A stretch of DNA of 64,000 nt from positions 2,176,001 through 2,240,000 of the forward strand of contig CBDDDZ010000005.1 in NCBI GenBank assembly GCA_965226795.1, given 5' to 3'. Source of the stretch: Candidatus Latescibacterota bacterium. Lineage in GTDB: Bacteria > Latescibacterota > UBA2968 > GCA-2709665. Below, one piece after another: positions 1 to 11,079 of this stretch; within the stretch, counting starts at the first letter, position 1; each line of letters begins with the position of its first letter. The notes beneath the pieces are model-generated. The model searched no databases. It saw only the letters and a program-made list of their open reading frames with translations, and was not told the origin of the DNA. The translations under genes and the position numbers were made by a program.

Positions 1-551
1 CCCTCATCGTGTCCTGGCCGCCTGAATTGCCGCACGGCAAAAACGACGCCGTTATCAGCCTCATAGACGTGGGACCCACTGTTCTGGACCTGGCCGGCAC
101 GCCACTTCTACCCGATGTGTCGGGGAGGAGCTTCGCCGGTTTCCTGAGGTGCGAAGGAACGATTCCCGACTGGCCCCACGAAGTCTTCTCCGAGTACATC
201 GGGCTCCTTGGAGATCAGCCCGCCTGCATGGTCCGCCGCGGCCCGTGGAAGCTGAACTACTATCACGAATTCCAATCCTGCCAGCTTTTCAATATGGTCG
301 AGGATCCCGGCGAAATGCACGACCGCGCGGAAGATCCGGACTGCCGGGGGATCGTTGCGGATTGCAAGGACAGAATTCACGCACGGTGGTCCGCAGAGCG
401 CGTGCTCATAGACGCCGAAAAGCAGAACCGGGCGCGAGACCTGATCCGGCGATGCGGATACGGCCCCATGCCCCATCCCGTCTCCCCCTTCGCCGCTTCT
501 GAGGGCGACAATCGGTTCGATTTTTCCCAGTTGCCCGGTAATCGGCCCTAA
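1..551 (+). CDS. Sulfatase family protein, C-terminal part (5'-truncated by window edge)
   Basis: PLIVSWP..SLIDVGPTVLDLAG..GRSF..MVRRGPWKL..QLFNMVEDPGEMHD is a typical sulfatase C-terminus. Confidence 0.85.
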   Translation, partial: LIVSWPPELPHGKNDAVISLIDVGPTVLDLAGTPLLPDVSGRSFAGFLRCEGTIPDWPHEVFSEYIGLLGDQPACMVRRGPWKLNYYHEFQSCQLFNMVEDPGEMHDRAEDPDCRGIVADCKDRIHARWSAERVLIDAEKQNRARDLIRRCGYGPMPHPVSPFAASEGDNRFDFSQLPGNRP

Positions 552-711
552 CAGCCCGTTGAAAAAGCCCATCCGGTCTGCGGCCGGCTCTTGTGCCCGA
601 ATCACTGCGTTGCGCTCCCTCCCCGAATCCCCCGATTCGGCTCGGTCGCGCGCCTTGTCTTCGGTCACAATGGCTCGGCCTCGCCTGCAGAGCGACTTTC
701 TCAACGGACTG
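552..711. mobile_element. 160-bp MITE, copy 1, with CTAA target duplication
   Basis: TIRs CAGCCCGTTGAAAAAG / CTTTCTCAACGGACTG; CTAA at 548-551 and 712-715; close second copy at 36546-38590. Confidence 0.85.
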
Positions 712-722
712 CTAACTGGCAC

Positions 723-2390
723 TCAGTCTTCGCTCTTCAATATCCCCTCAGTCGCCTCGGACCACGCGCCGCAGCGGATCTCCAGGGTCCGATCGACGGG
801 CGTCAGCAGCGTAATCAGAATCCGGAACGCCTCCGGTGACTGTTCGCTCCAGCGCATCTGCCACATCCGATGCGCGTATGCGCCGGGCCCGACGGCGATC
901 GCGTCGCCTCCGACGTGGTAGGTCGCGTAACCCGTTTTCAGGAACGCAGTCTGGCCCGCTATGCCTTGGACTGCGACGCTATCGAAATCGAGTTCCCCGC
1001 CGGGTGCAAAATCGCAAGCGATCTGAAGCGGCACCCTGTCCATCGCATCCGCCACAATCCGCAGGTCGAACCCGCCCTGCACTTCTTTCACCGTCAGATC
1101 CATCGCCAATGGCGGAACGGCGGAGAACCTTCGACGCCAGCGCGCCTCCTCCCAATGCGTCTGGTCCACCGGTTCGCCCAGCGGATGGAAATACCCCGGG
1201 CTGTCGTAGTGCCACCCCCTCCCGGGATGCGTTATGCGAATCCCGCCCTCCTCCTCCCGCAAGTCCTCCCCCACAAACTGCCCCGTGCCATAGTAAGTTG
1301 CACACACCTGCACCGCAGTCAATTCGGCTTCGCCGTACTTCAAGCTGAAAGCCGACGTAATCCCCGAGGCCGTTGTCGCGCTCAATCTCCCGCGGCGCAC
1401 CCGCCATATGGCCGAAACCGGATAGACCTTCGAATAGCTGTCTGGCAGCGGTTCGCGCTTCAGGTTATCCTCCCGCCATTCCGGGTGTTCCAGGAACGGG
1501 TGAAGCGTCCAGGGCGGCCCGCCGGGTTCCAGATCGAACAGCCAGTCGGCGACCGCCGCGTAGAATCCGTTTTCCTCCATGCGGGCCATCGCATAATAGC
1601 TGTCCACCAGTCCCACGGGAATCGTCTGCGTCCCCCGATCCTGCCGTTGAGACAGATTCGTCACGACCGTACCGTCGGCATGCAGGAGATGGTAGGAAAG
1701 GTCCAGGTTCTTCCGTACCGGATCCAGTAACTCCGGCCGGTCCAGCACCGTTGCCGCGATCCTCAGCGACCGGTTGCAGACCGCGTTGTAGACCCCCGTG
1801 CTCCGCTCGGTATACTCTCCGTCCGCATTGATATCGATGGTCTCCGCCAGGTAGGCCTCGATCGTGTCCATGACATCCAGATCCGGAAACAGCGCCCTCG
1901 CCTGCGCAAGCGCCGAGACCAGCACCCACCTGTGGTTGGGCGTGTGGAAACCGCCTTCGGCCATCCCGGGCGCGGCCGTTCGAATCAACTCGCCGAGCGC
2001 CTCAGCGATCTCTCCGGCCCCGGCATCGTCCGCAACCTCCCGCGCCGCCGCCACCACCGGCGCCATCGACTGCACCAGAAAACCTGTATCCGGCGCCGAA
2101 TCGAAATTCGTAACCACAAGGTCGAATCGTCCGGATTCCCTACGGATCCTCCGGCCGAACTCGGCTCCCAGGAGGATTCGCTCGAGGATTTCGGTACTCC
2201 GAAAGTGTGCGGAGCCCTCCATCAGATAGGCATAGCAGAGAGGAACGACCTGCCCCACACCGGTTCCCCCCGCCACACCGTCGTCCACAAATCCTCCGAA
2301 GTCAGGCAGCGAACGGTCCAGGATCTGTCTGGACAGGATGGACGCCACCCGGTCATCGAGCAGCGGCAACAGGGATTCATAGGTCAGCAT
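723..2390 (-). CDS. Conserved hypothetical protein, possibly heparinase II/III-like
   Basis: 555-aa ORF with GGFHTPNHRWV and DGEYTERSTGVYN motifs; helical N-terminus and beta-rich C-terminus. Confidence 0.6.
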   Translation of the reverse strand: MLTYESLLPLLDDRVASILSRQILDRSLPDFGGFVDDGVAGGTGVGQVVPLCYAYLMEGSAHFRSTEILERILLGAEFGRRIRRESGRFDLVVTNFDSAPDTGFLVQSMAPVVAAAREVADDAGAGEIAEALGELIRTAAPGMAEGGFHTPNHRWVLVSALAQARALFPDLDVMDTIEAYLAETIDINADGEYTERSTGVYNAVCNRSLRIAATVLDRPELLDPVRKNLDLSYHLLHADGTVVTNLSQRQDRGTQTIPVGLVDSYYAMARMEENGFYAAVADWLFDLEPGGPPWTLHPFLEHPEWREDNLKREPLPDSYSKVYPVSAIWRVRRGRLSATTASGITSAFSLKYGEAELTAVQVCATYYGTGQFVGEDLREEEGGIRITHPGRGWHYDSPGYFHPLGEPVDQTHWEEARWRRRFSAVPPLAMDLTVKEVQGGFDLRIVADAMDRVPLQIACDFAPGGELDFDSVAVQGIAGQTAFLKTGYATYHVGGDAIAVGPGAYAHRMWQMRWSEQSPEAFRILITLLTPVDRTLEIRCGAWSEATEGILKSED

Positions 2391-2633
2391 GCAAGTTTCT
2401 CCTTGTCGTGCGGGAATGGTGGCCGAATCTCCGGCGCCCGTCCAAAAAAATACCCGCGGGCGCGTTCGTCTGTCTCTCCTAAATTAATGCACGTCACAGG
2501 AAAAACAAACTTGACTTTTCTGATCCGGAATTAGTTTATTTCAATGAACTGTTCGGATTAGCACGAGTGTATATTGTTGTCGGGCCCCGCGGCCGGTCCC
2601 TCCGGGCGCGGGGCGATTCAGGAAGGAATTCAT

Positions 2634-3521
2634 ATGCGTCTTTTGTTGGTCATCTTTTCCACCGTTTCCGGACTCCAGTTGTTTTCTCATAGTTCGAGGG
2701 TATGCGCGCAGCCCGAGCCGCCTCGTTCCGGCTGGTACGCAGGCGCGACACTCGGACTCAATCGAGCGAGCGACATCGATCAGAAGGGTTGGAATCGCGA
2801 CACGTTCTGCTATCCGACGGACGCGTGTTTCGATCTGGATCCGATTCCCCGGATTTCCGGATACCGCTGGCGGTACAATAACGTAGCCGCCGGAGGATAC
2901 GCTTTCCGGGCCTCGATCGGGCGCATTTTCGATCGCAAGCGCGCGGAACTTTCACTCGCTCAGCGAAAGAACGGCCTTGACCAGATTTTCCAAAGCGTCA
3001 CCAATTACGAGGGTGTGCCCATGGAGGATCGTCCAGGCGGAACGGTCGAATCCAATGACCGGTCTTCGATCGACCATCTCATCGCGCGCACGCTTTCCGT
3101 GGACGTCTATTACGATTTTCCGCTTGCGCGCCTCAGGGTATCCGCGTACCTCGGCGGCGGGCTGGGCGCCGCGCACCTGAAATTGGCTGGCGCCCACTAC
3201 TCCAACGATCACAGGGAGACATCGGTGAACGCACAGGCCTACGACCCTCCGCTGTCGTTCTACAACAGCCGGCAGGACGGCGACCTCTCGGACGTGGTCC
3301 TGGCAGGGAGCGTGCACGCGGGGGCCGATTATGTGGTGAGCGACAGGACGTTTCTGGGATTGAAGCTGACGTATTCGATGACGGGCGGCATGGATGTCCG
3401 GGGGGAATACTCGACTCATCCGATGCACAGCCTGGATCCCGGCTTCACCAGCCACAATTCGTTCGCCGGTGCCAGTCACTGGACATTGACACTCAACGCC
3501 AAACGGTTTTTTGGCAACTGA
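2634..3521 (+). CDS. Outer-membrane beta-barrel protein (opacity/porin-like)
   Basis: Signal peptide, GWYAGATLG, VYYDF..YLGGGLG strands, aromatic C-terminal strand; GGAAGG RBS. Confidence 0.75.
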   Translation: MRLLLVIFSTVSGLQLFSHSSRVCAQPEPPRSGWYAGATLGLNRASDIDQKGWNRDTFCYPTDACFDLDPIPRISGYRWRYNNVAAGGYAFRASIGRIFDRKRAELSLAQRKNGLDQIFQSVTNYEGVPMEDRPGGTVESNDRSSIDHLIARTLSVDVYYDFPLARLRVSAYLGGGLGAAHLKLAGAHYSNDHRETSVNAQAYDPPLSFYNSRQDGDLSDVVLAGSVHAGADYVVSDRTFLGLKLTYSMTGGMDVRGEYSTHPMHSLDPGFTSHNSFAGASHWTLTLNAKRFFGN

Positions 3522-3606
3522 ATCGGCCATCCGGCACCCCCGAGACACCTCGGCGACCGGACCGCCGGCTTCAATTCGCCTGGTACTTGCGGGACGGAGA
3601 AGGACG

Positions 3607-4908
3607 ATGAGAAAAAAAGCTGCCGGGCACGGATTGTTCGAACTCTACAGGCGCGATCCTGACGAGGCCGACGAGCTTCTGTTCGGCCGCGAGACCTATC
3701 CCGACCGGCGCGGATTCCTGAAAAATGCAGGATTGGCGATTATGGGCGCCCTCGTCGGCTCGACCATTCCGTTCCACCGCAATATTCCGGCGCATTTCAT
3801 TCCTTCCGTACTCGCTACGGAGAGGGTCATTCACGGCAAAGATGGGATTGTCGTGATCAACGAACGTCCCGTAAACGCAGAAACGCCGCCCCACCTGCTG
3901 GACGACGCTATCACACCGACCGGGAGGCACTTCATCCGTAATAACGGCCATCCTCCAGAAAACGTGAATACGGCGGGTTGGACGTTGACTGTCGACGGCC
4001 GGGTCGACCGGCCGATGAGGCTCGGCATTGACGAGCTCAAACGAAGGTACGAGGTGGTCACCCGCGCCCTGGTGCTGGAGTGCGGCGGCAACGGGCGCGC
4101 GTTCTTCGACCCTCCCGCGGATGGCGATCAATGGACGTTCGGCGCGGTTGCCTGCTCGGAATGGACGGGTGTCCGCCTCGCCGACGTCCTCAAGGCCGCC
4201 GGGGTGAAGAAGAGCGTCGTCTACACCGGGCACGAAGGAGCCGATACCCACCTTTCCGGCGAGCCCGGCAGGCTGCCGCTCTCCCGAGGCGTGCCTATAG
4301 CGAAGGCCATGGACGAACACAATCTCATCGCCTTCGCCCAGAACGGTACGCCCATCCACCCCATGAACGGCGCGCCATTGCGCCTGATCATTCCGGGATG
4401 GTCGGGATCCTGCTCACAGAAGTGGCTGACCCGCATCTGGCTGCGTGACCGCGTCCACGACGGTCCGAAGATGACCGGCACATCCTATCACGTTCCAAAC
4501 CGCCCGATCGCGCCCGGCGAGAAAATGAATGAGAAGGACTTTGAAATAATCCATAGCATGCCGATCAAGTCTCTGATCACGAATCCCCCTAACGGCCACA
4601 GGACGGCCGACGGATCGCTGGAAGTTCGCGGGCACGCGTGGGCCGGCGACCGGCGCGTGGATGCCGTGCATCTGTCGATCGACTTTGGCGCAACCTGGAT
4701 GGAGGCGAAGCTGGATGAACCGGTGAATACTTACGCGTGGCAGAACTGGCGCGGCAGGGTCGCCTTTCCCCAGGAGGGCTACTACGAGGTCTGGGCCCGG
4801 GCGACCGACTCGCACGGCGTGAGCCAGCCACATGCGATTGCCTGGAACCCGCGGGGCTATCTCAACAATACCATGCACCGGGTTGCGGTAACGGTAGAAG
4901 GCGGTTAG
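3607..4908 (+). CDS. Sulfite oxidase family molybdoenzyme (SoxC/SorT-like), Tat-exported
   Basis: DRRGFLK Tat motif; HFIRNNG, LECGGNGR (Mo-ligating Cys), WTGVRL, NGAPLRLIIPGW, WARATD. Confidence 0.9.
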   Translation: MRKKAAGHGLFELYRRDPDEADELLFGRETYPDRRGFLKNAGLAIMGALVGSTIPFHRNIPAHFIPSVLATERVIHGKDGIVVINERPVNAETPPHLLDDAITPTGRHFIRNNGHPPENVNTAGWTLTVDGRVDRPMRLGIDELKRRYEVVTRALVLECGGNGRAFFDPPADGDQWTFGAVACSEWTGVRLADVLKAAGVKKSVVYTGHEGADTHLSGEPGRLPLSRGVPIAKAMDEHNLIAFAQNGTPIHPMNGAPLRLIIPGWSGSCSQKWLTRIWLRDRVHDGPKMTGTSYHVPNRPIAPGEKMNEKDFEIIHSMPIKSLITNPPNGHRTADGSLEVRGHAWAGDRRVDAVHLSIDFGATWMEAKLDEPVNTYAWQNWRGRVAFPQEGYYEVWARATDSHGVSQPHAIAWNPRGYLNNTMHRVAVTVEGG

Positions 4909-5039
4909 AGAGAAGAGGGTAGACGGAAGAGATAAGCCGTTTTGGTAACTTTTCCGTATCAATCGTCGGCTAATGGGCGCTCGTTGTGCGAAATATCGCA
5001 ATTGCTTAAAACCTGGGTCTGCTCGTCCTTTCGTTTAGG

Positions 5040-5935
5040 AGAGGGGGTCGGGGGAGAGGTTCTCGTGAGCGAGACTGGTGAGGTCTGGTGTCGCGCTGTC
5101 ACTTATACCGTCACACCATTTACAGCTTTATGGAACTGCGTTCCGGGCGGACACAGGCATTACCGCTCTCACCAACTTTATTTTTCTCTTCGTCCTTTTT
5201 CTTATTCGCGTAAGAAAAAGGACCAAAAAGAATCGCGCCGCTCGGCGCGGGGCCGGTTTTTCCGTGAACCACCTCAGGGCCGTAAATGGGAATTAGGTGG
5301 CCTAAGAGCGCCTCAGGCGTGCCCATACAGCGGCGATGGACGGATTACCACGGAAAAACCCCCAACGCCACCACCGGACGAACGTGAGGTTGAACCCGAA
5401 GGACCGCCGTATGGATTTGCGGTCGTACCGCCTATCGATGCATGCTTTGTCCCGCGCCACGTTTGAGTTTGCAGGGGCAACCCTTGTGGTTGCCCGCATT
5501 TCGGCGCTGAAGTTGATTGTCTGGTTTTTTTTTAATAGCTGACGGCTGATGGCTGCTCGTATTAAGGAAGCCATGACGGCTATTAACACGATTCCTCTCC
5601 AGAGCGCTCCCAAAGCAGAGCGTGTGGTTCCGTCCAGCGCCGGAGCCGATGTTCCTCCTCGGCTCGCAGGGCAGAAATTCCTGTGCATCCCATGAGGCAA
5701 TTCGCGCTGTGCATATAGCAGGCCCCGCGCCTAGCGGCGACTTTTGGTTCCTTTTGGTCGCTGCAAAAGGAACGCGCCGCAGGCAGGGAATTTGGGGAGA
5801 TGTGGGTTTTGAAATTGGCTTTCGGTTTTTGCTTCAAGCTGATAGCTTACGGCTGAAAGCTGATAGCTCTTTCCGAGGGGGCCGGGGGGAGAGGTCGCCG
5901 TGAGCGCGAAACCGGATGTGGTGCGGTGTGGTCCT
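5040..5935. repeat. Composite non-coding REP/palindrome cluster
   Basis: Imperfect direct repeats at ~5040-5095 and ~5875-5930; inverted repeats at ~5216-5255 and ~5721-5755; REP-like GGGCAACCCTTGTGGTTGCCC; GCTGATAGC-type heptamer runs. Confidence 0.6.
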
Positions 5936-6024
5936 CTCCCTTCTCCCGTCTCATGTCTCCCGGCCTTTAACTGACAGCTGTTAGATGATGCCTTTTGTGA
6001 CCCGCACCAACCGGAGAGATCTCC

Positions 6025-6732
6025 ATGTCACTCACATCCGAGCAGGTACACCTGTTTCGCCACAACGGCTTCCTCAAATTGGAAAACCGGCTCCCGGAGG
6101 AACAGGTTGAAAAGCTCAAGAAGACGATCTTGAGGAACTTCCAGGAAGAGGTGCAACCGGTCGTGCGTGACAGGGAAGGACGTGTCGTACGCATTTCGGC
6201 CGTGGTGGACAGAGAACCCGTTTTCTTCGAAACGGCTTCCAGCCCACTGGTCCTGGATCCCCTGGAATCCCTTCTGGGCCCCAACATAGAACTCATCAAG
6301 AACCGGCACAACCACGCCACGCTCCGCCTGGCCTCGGAGAACCGGCCGGAGGGCTTGCACCGGGACGTCAGGCAGTGGTCACGGACCATCTTCACCGTTA
6401 TCTTCTACCTGCAGGAAACAACCGTGGAAAACGGATGCACCCTGGTCGTGCCCGGCTCCCACCATTTCCCGGGTGTCGACGGCCGTCTATACGACGAAGC
6501 GCGGACACGACATCTCCTGGACCAGGCCCTGCCCGTGCCCATGCTTGAAGGCGGCATGCTCGTCATCGACAGCATGATCATGCACGGCGTTGGACAGAAC
6601 AAGACGGACGGCACCCGGATGAGTATGACCGTGGGTTACCACAGCGTGGACGAAATCGCCGACCTGGAGAATCCCCACCGGATGCTGGTGCGCGGCGAAC
6701 GACCCTACGACGGCAACGTACCCCGGAATTAG
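6025..6732 (+). CDS. Phytanoyl-CoA dioxygenase (PhyH) family protein
   Basis: FRHNGFL, HRD iron motif, ENGCTLVVPGSH, distal HG..N...R. Confidence 0.9.
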   Translation: MSLTSEQVHLFRHNGFLKLENRLPEEQVEKLKKTILRNFQEEVQPVVRDREGRVVRISAVVDREPVFFETASSPLVLDPLESLLGPNIELIKNRHNHATLRLASENRPEGLHRDVRQWSRTIFTVIFYLQETTVENGCTLVVPGSHHFPGVDGRLYDEARTRHLLDQALPVPMLEGGMLVIDSMIMHGVGQNKTDGTRMSMTVGYHSVDEIADLENPHRMLVRGERPYDGNVPRN

Positions 6733-6799
6733 GGGTAGCCCGGCCGCGGCGGAGGGAGAATCATCCGCGTCGTCTCGTGTCTGCCGTACCCGTCGCGGA

Positions 6800-9700
6800 T
6801 TATCTCTGCATCTCAGTCAAGCCATCCATCCTGATTCGCGCGACACCGCGGGTGGCTTCGTGAAAATTGTAGCTTGTGTCATCGCCCCCAGTCAGGCTGA
6901 ACCAGGAAACATCGGCGCTGATCCCGTCCAACCGCTCACGCGTACCGGGGTGGTCCCGATCGATCAGAAAGATCGCCTCGGCGCGGAATTCCTTTTGTGA
7001 ATCGGCGAATCCCGGGTCGCGCGTCCCATACTCCGCAACGATGTCTTCGATCGTATATGTCCTGATACCCGTTGCTGTAAACACGGGTGATCCGTTTTCG
7101 AGAACCAGCCGGCCGTCCTGCTGCAACCAGAACGCGCCTTCGGCAACCATCAGGTCCGGGACCCGGTCGGCTGCCAGAAAGCCCGTCAGATACAGTTCAA
7201 TGGGACTGTAGGGCACTGTGTTTTCAGCGTATCCACGGGTCACGACATCACCTGCCGTGTAGCGGCCATTGGCGAACTCCACCAGATTATCGGCTACGAA
7301 TCCGCCCAACTGACCGTTTGCGCTGCTGAACCCCCAATGTCCTCCATAGCCGCTGACGACGATGTATGCCGCCCATTGATGCATCAACTCGTGCAACATC
7401 GGTCCGTTTCTGATGCCGTCCCGTTCCACCAGGAACAGAAAGCACTTCATCCTGCCACTCGAACCGAAGGTCCCCTCCTCATCCGCGTAGATTGTCTGAC
7501 CGATGCCACGCACCTGATTGCTGACCGGATAATTGACGCCGAGAAAGGGATATTGCCCATCGCCACGCTGCAGATTGGCAACGACAAATACGAAGTCGAA
7601 TTCATCACTGAAGCTGCGGAAAAAGCCTCTTACCACCTCGATTCGTTTTGCGTCTGTGAACGAAGTCGAGGTCCGGAGATCCACGCCCGGCAGGGGCACG
7701 ACATACACGTTGTCGTTGTAAATCTGTGGTCCCGAGTCAACTGTAATCAGAACTTCGTCGTATGAAACGTTTACACTTCTTGCTTGTAATGCAGGGATGT
7801 GCTCATTGACGGACGCGCCGTTGAGCGGATTGTCCCTGAGATCGATTTCATCTCCGGCGCCCGTCAATCCCGCATTTTTAACAAGTGGCGAAATGTCCGC
7901 TATATTATTGTACCTCAAATTTACGACGTTAAGTTGCGTCAGTCCGGCCAATGGCGACAAATCCGTGATTTTATTACCCTGAAGGCCGAGATGTTGCAGT
8001 TTCGTCAGAGCTGCCAGCGGGGCAATGTCGGACAACCCGCTAAAGGTGAAATAAAGTATCTCGAGATCGGCCAACCCGGATAGAAGGGAAATATCCGGCG
8101 TGTTGCCCCCATCTCCCAGGTATAGCCTTTTCAGATTCGTCAGAGAAGAAAGCGGCGAGAAATCCGTGACACCAATCGACTGCAGATGCAGGTCCTCCAG
8201 AGCGTTCAGGTTGGTCAGCGGGGCTAATCCTCCGGAAGCATCGTTTATCGGATTGCTGTTGATCCACAATACTCTGAGTCCGGTCAGGCCTGACAAAGGA
8301 GAAATATCACTGATCAGGTTATACCCGAGAAACAGATCCTGCAGATTTACCGCATGTTGTAAGCCATCCAGGCTCTCGATACGCCGACTGGCAGATATCA
8401 GAATAGTCAACGAAGCCATTTCGTCGGCGTAAACCGGGGACTCCGAGCCGGTTTTACCGAGAGCCTCCGCCAGAACGGAACGCAGGTTGCTATCAGGAAT
8501 GGCTACTTGCCCGGGAGCCAGCGGTTTACCTTCCCCTGGCGGCGACCAGTCGCTCCTTCCTTCCGAGTTGCCCGCCCGTACCTGCACCTGATAGAGCGTA
8601 TTTTCCAAGCCCGAGATTGTCGTCATCGTACGCGGGCCAGCGTGCGGCCAGTCAGTGAAGTCGCCACTGTCACCTGCCCGGTACCGGACATCGTAGTCGG
8701 TGATTGGCGAACCGTTGTCTGGAGGCGAGGTCCAACCCACCTTCAGGCCGCTCGCCACGCCCGTCACCTTCGGTGCCGCAGGCCTGCCGGGTGGCGCGGA
8801 AGTGGGTTCGTCAACGTCAGTGACGGCGATACCCACAACGACGTTGGTGCGTTCCCCACGTCCGTCGCTGGCGCGGACGTTTACTGAAAATCGGTCCCGC
8901 ACTTTATGGTCATAATCGATTCCTTCCCTGGTCCTGATCTGCCCCGTGCCTGCATCAATGGCGAAGTGCTCCGCGTCGGCGCCCCACAGGCTGTACGTGA
9001 GCGTATCGCCATCAGGATCCTGCGCTGAGACCGGATCGCCGACCGGCCTGCCTGCGGGCATATTTTCATCCACGGAACGGGTCAAGGGTAGCCCAGTGCG
9101 AACACCGGCGCGCGGTTGACTGTATCGCCGAAGCTCCTCGCAAAGGTCACGAAATCGTCGAACCCAATGCCGCCATCTCGGTTCAAGTCGTATTTCGCCT
9201 CGTACTTTTCTCCGCCCACTCGATGTCCGAACGCGCGGGCAAACAGCACGAAGTCCGCAAAACCAACGAGCCTGCTGCCGTCAAAGTCCGCGGACGGAAG
9301 TGCGGCAAGCTGCAGGGCGACACTGGGCGCCGGGGTCGAGACCTCCTTCCGTCCGCCCCTGGACAGTTCAGCGCGCAGCAGCCGGATCTCCGTTTCCGAA
9401 AACTCGTCTGTCGTGCGAAAGCGCATGGTGCCGACCAGGCCCGCATTCATCGTTGCCGATCCGCTCAATGCGGCGACGTGGATCGTGACCGTCGCGGAAT
9501 CCTGTATCGCAAGCACATCGGCACCGGGCAGCACGTCGCCCGCATCGAATCCCTCGTAGACCACCTGGGTGGCCTCGTATCCGAAGCGCACGGAAATACT
9601 GTTTGCACCCTTTATGTTCGAGCCGAAGATTTGAATGGCGTCGGGCCCATCGAAAGGATGGTCCAGGGACGAAAGGGCCTGATCGCCGTCGGATTCGTCC

Positions 9701-9825
9701 AGGTCCAGAGCGAGGGAAAAAGCGCCGGGCTGCGAGGATGTCGGCTACGGAAGAGCCAGCATCAGATAAGCAAGCAGAGCGGAGAGCCCGGCGGCAAGGT
9801 GCGTACAACTGCAACGTCGTTTCAT
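6800..9825 (-). pseudogene. Large secreted multidomain protein (cohesin-like, EF-hand/dockerin-like, cadherin, FN3, LRR, HExxH peptidase), disrupted
   Basis: ATG 9825 with signal peptide; in-frame TAG at 9745-9747; frameshift near 9085 (NRAPVF / TRSVDEN); DFDG..VGFADF, DPDGD, internalin-type LRRs, HELMHQW. Confidence 0.8.
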
Positions 9826-9921
9826 CCGGGTTCGACTTCCGAGCGATCGTCTCAGAATTGCAGGATGCGCATCCTTGGATTGAATGGGGTGCACGGGGAT
9901 ACCATCGCTGCATGTGGGAGT

Positions 9922-10932
9922 CTAATTGGCGGCTATTTCTCTGACGATCCTTCCGGTTTTTCCGATGAGCCTTCCGATCTGGATCTGAATGACGTCATCG
10001 TCCAGGTATCGTGTGTGGGCAACGACTGGAGCCGCGGTATGCACGGCGAAAGGGTTTGTTATTTCCACAATGCGATTGAAGCGTAGGTTTTCGCCATCCA
10101 CACGGAAATTTGAAAAGGATACGGTGAAAACAGGCACGTCCCCGATGGAAATGGTTCCGCCGTGGCCGTAAATCTCGACGAATATCGTGTTGATCGCACG
10201 CAACGAAAGCGTTCGTCCGGGGAACGCCAGTGCGCCGATGATGGTTGTCTCATCCGTACTCAGATCAGTCGCTTCCATACGTACCCAGGTATGCACATAT
10301 CGTCCCCAGCTGTACGCGACATCATCGGCAGTATAGTTCGCGGGAAGCGGCGCTCCCTCCACAACGTCCGACTTGACCAGACAGAGGCGATAGGATCCAT
10401 TCTTCCATCTGAAGTCGTTGCGCACGCTGATGAAGTCTCCCTCGTAACCGGCACTCCTGAAAAGGCCGCCCGGCGCCTGCCTGATCGCATCCGGATTCCG
10501 CTCTTCCCATCGAGAGAAAATCGCGCCCCGGTTCCGGCTAACGAAGGATGTTCGGGCCTCGTCACGGTCTGAATAGCCGTCGATTCGCGTCTGTACGCCT
10601 CCGTAAAAGCGTATGCGGTTGATCCGCTGGTTAAACGGGGATATATACACGTTGATATCGTCGGGCAGGTTTCCGGTGATGCGGAAGGTCGTGCAATAGG
10701 ACTGGATGTCGTTCGGTTCATTCGTGGCGTATAAGTGCACGTTCACGAGGTGCCATGGCGTTTTTATCCGCGTATCCGGCGGGAGGTTGACTGATTCGGA
10801 TCCCGTCGTGCGCTCCTGGCTACAGGCCCACACGAAACCTGCGGCGACCGCCGCCATCATCGCAAAGAAAATCACGCTCGGAAGCGTGGCAGCCCTGCGC
10901 GCCAGGACGCGAGATTTGAAATTGCGTTTCAT
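9922..10932 (-). CDS. Hypothetical exported protein or lipoprotein
   Basis: 336-aa ORF; hydrophobic N-terminus ending in WAC; beta-rich body. Confidence 0.65.
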   Translation of the reverse strand: MKRNFKSRVLARRAATLPSVIFFAMMAAVAAGFVWACSQERTTGSESVNLPPDTRIKTPWHLVNVHLYATNEPNDIQSYCTTFRITGNLPDDINVYISPFNQRINRIRFYGGVQTRIDGYSDRDEARTSFVSRNRGAIFSRWEERNPDAIRQAPGGLFRSAGYEGDFISVRNDFRWKNGSYRLCLVKSDVVEGAPLPANYTADDVAYSWGRYVHTWVRMEATDLSTDETTIIGALAFPGRTLSLRAINTIFVEIYGHGGTISIGDVPVFTVSFSNFRVDGENLRFNRIVEITNPFAVHTAAPVVAHTRYLDDDVIQIQIGRLIGKTGRIVREIAAN

Positions 10933-11079
10933 TTTGACAATTTACCGGCGCAAAGCGGGCGTCTTGAGGTGTAAAATCGTTACTTTCCGAACCTGAACAC
11001 GGTAGACAAAGAAACGCCAGCATCGGCCACAGCCATTGCTGGCGCATTCGCTCTCAGATGGACTGCCGAGCCACCGGAC

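Noticed and set aside
4942..5903. Several ORFs of 68-174 aa
   Set aside because: They overlap palindromic repeats and show no protein motifs
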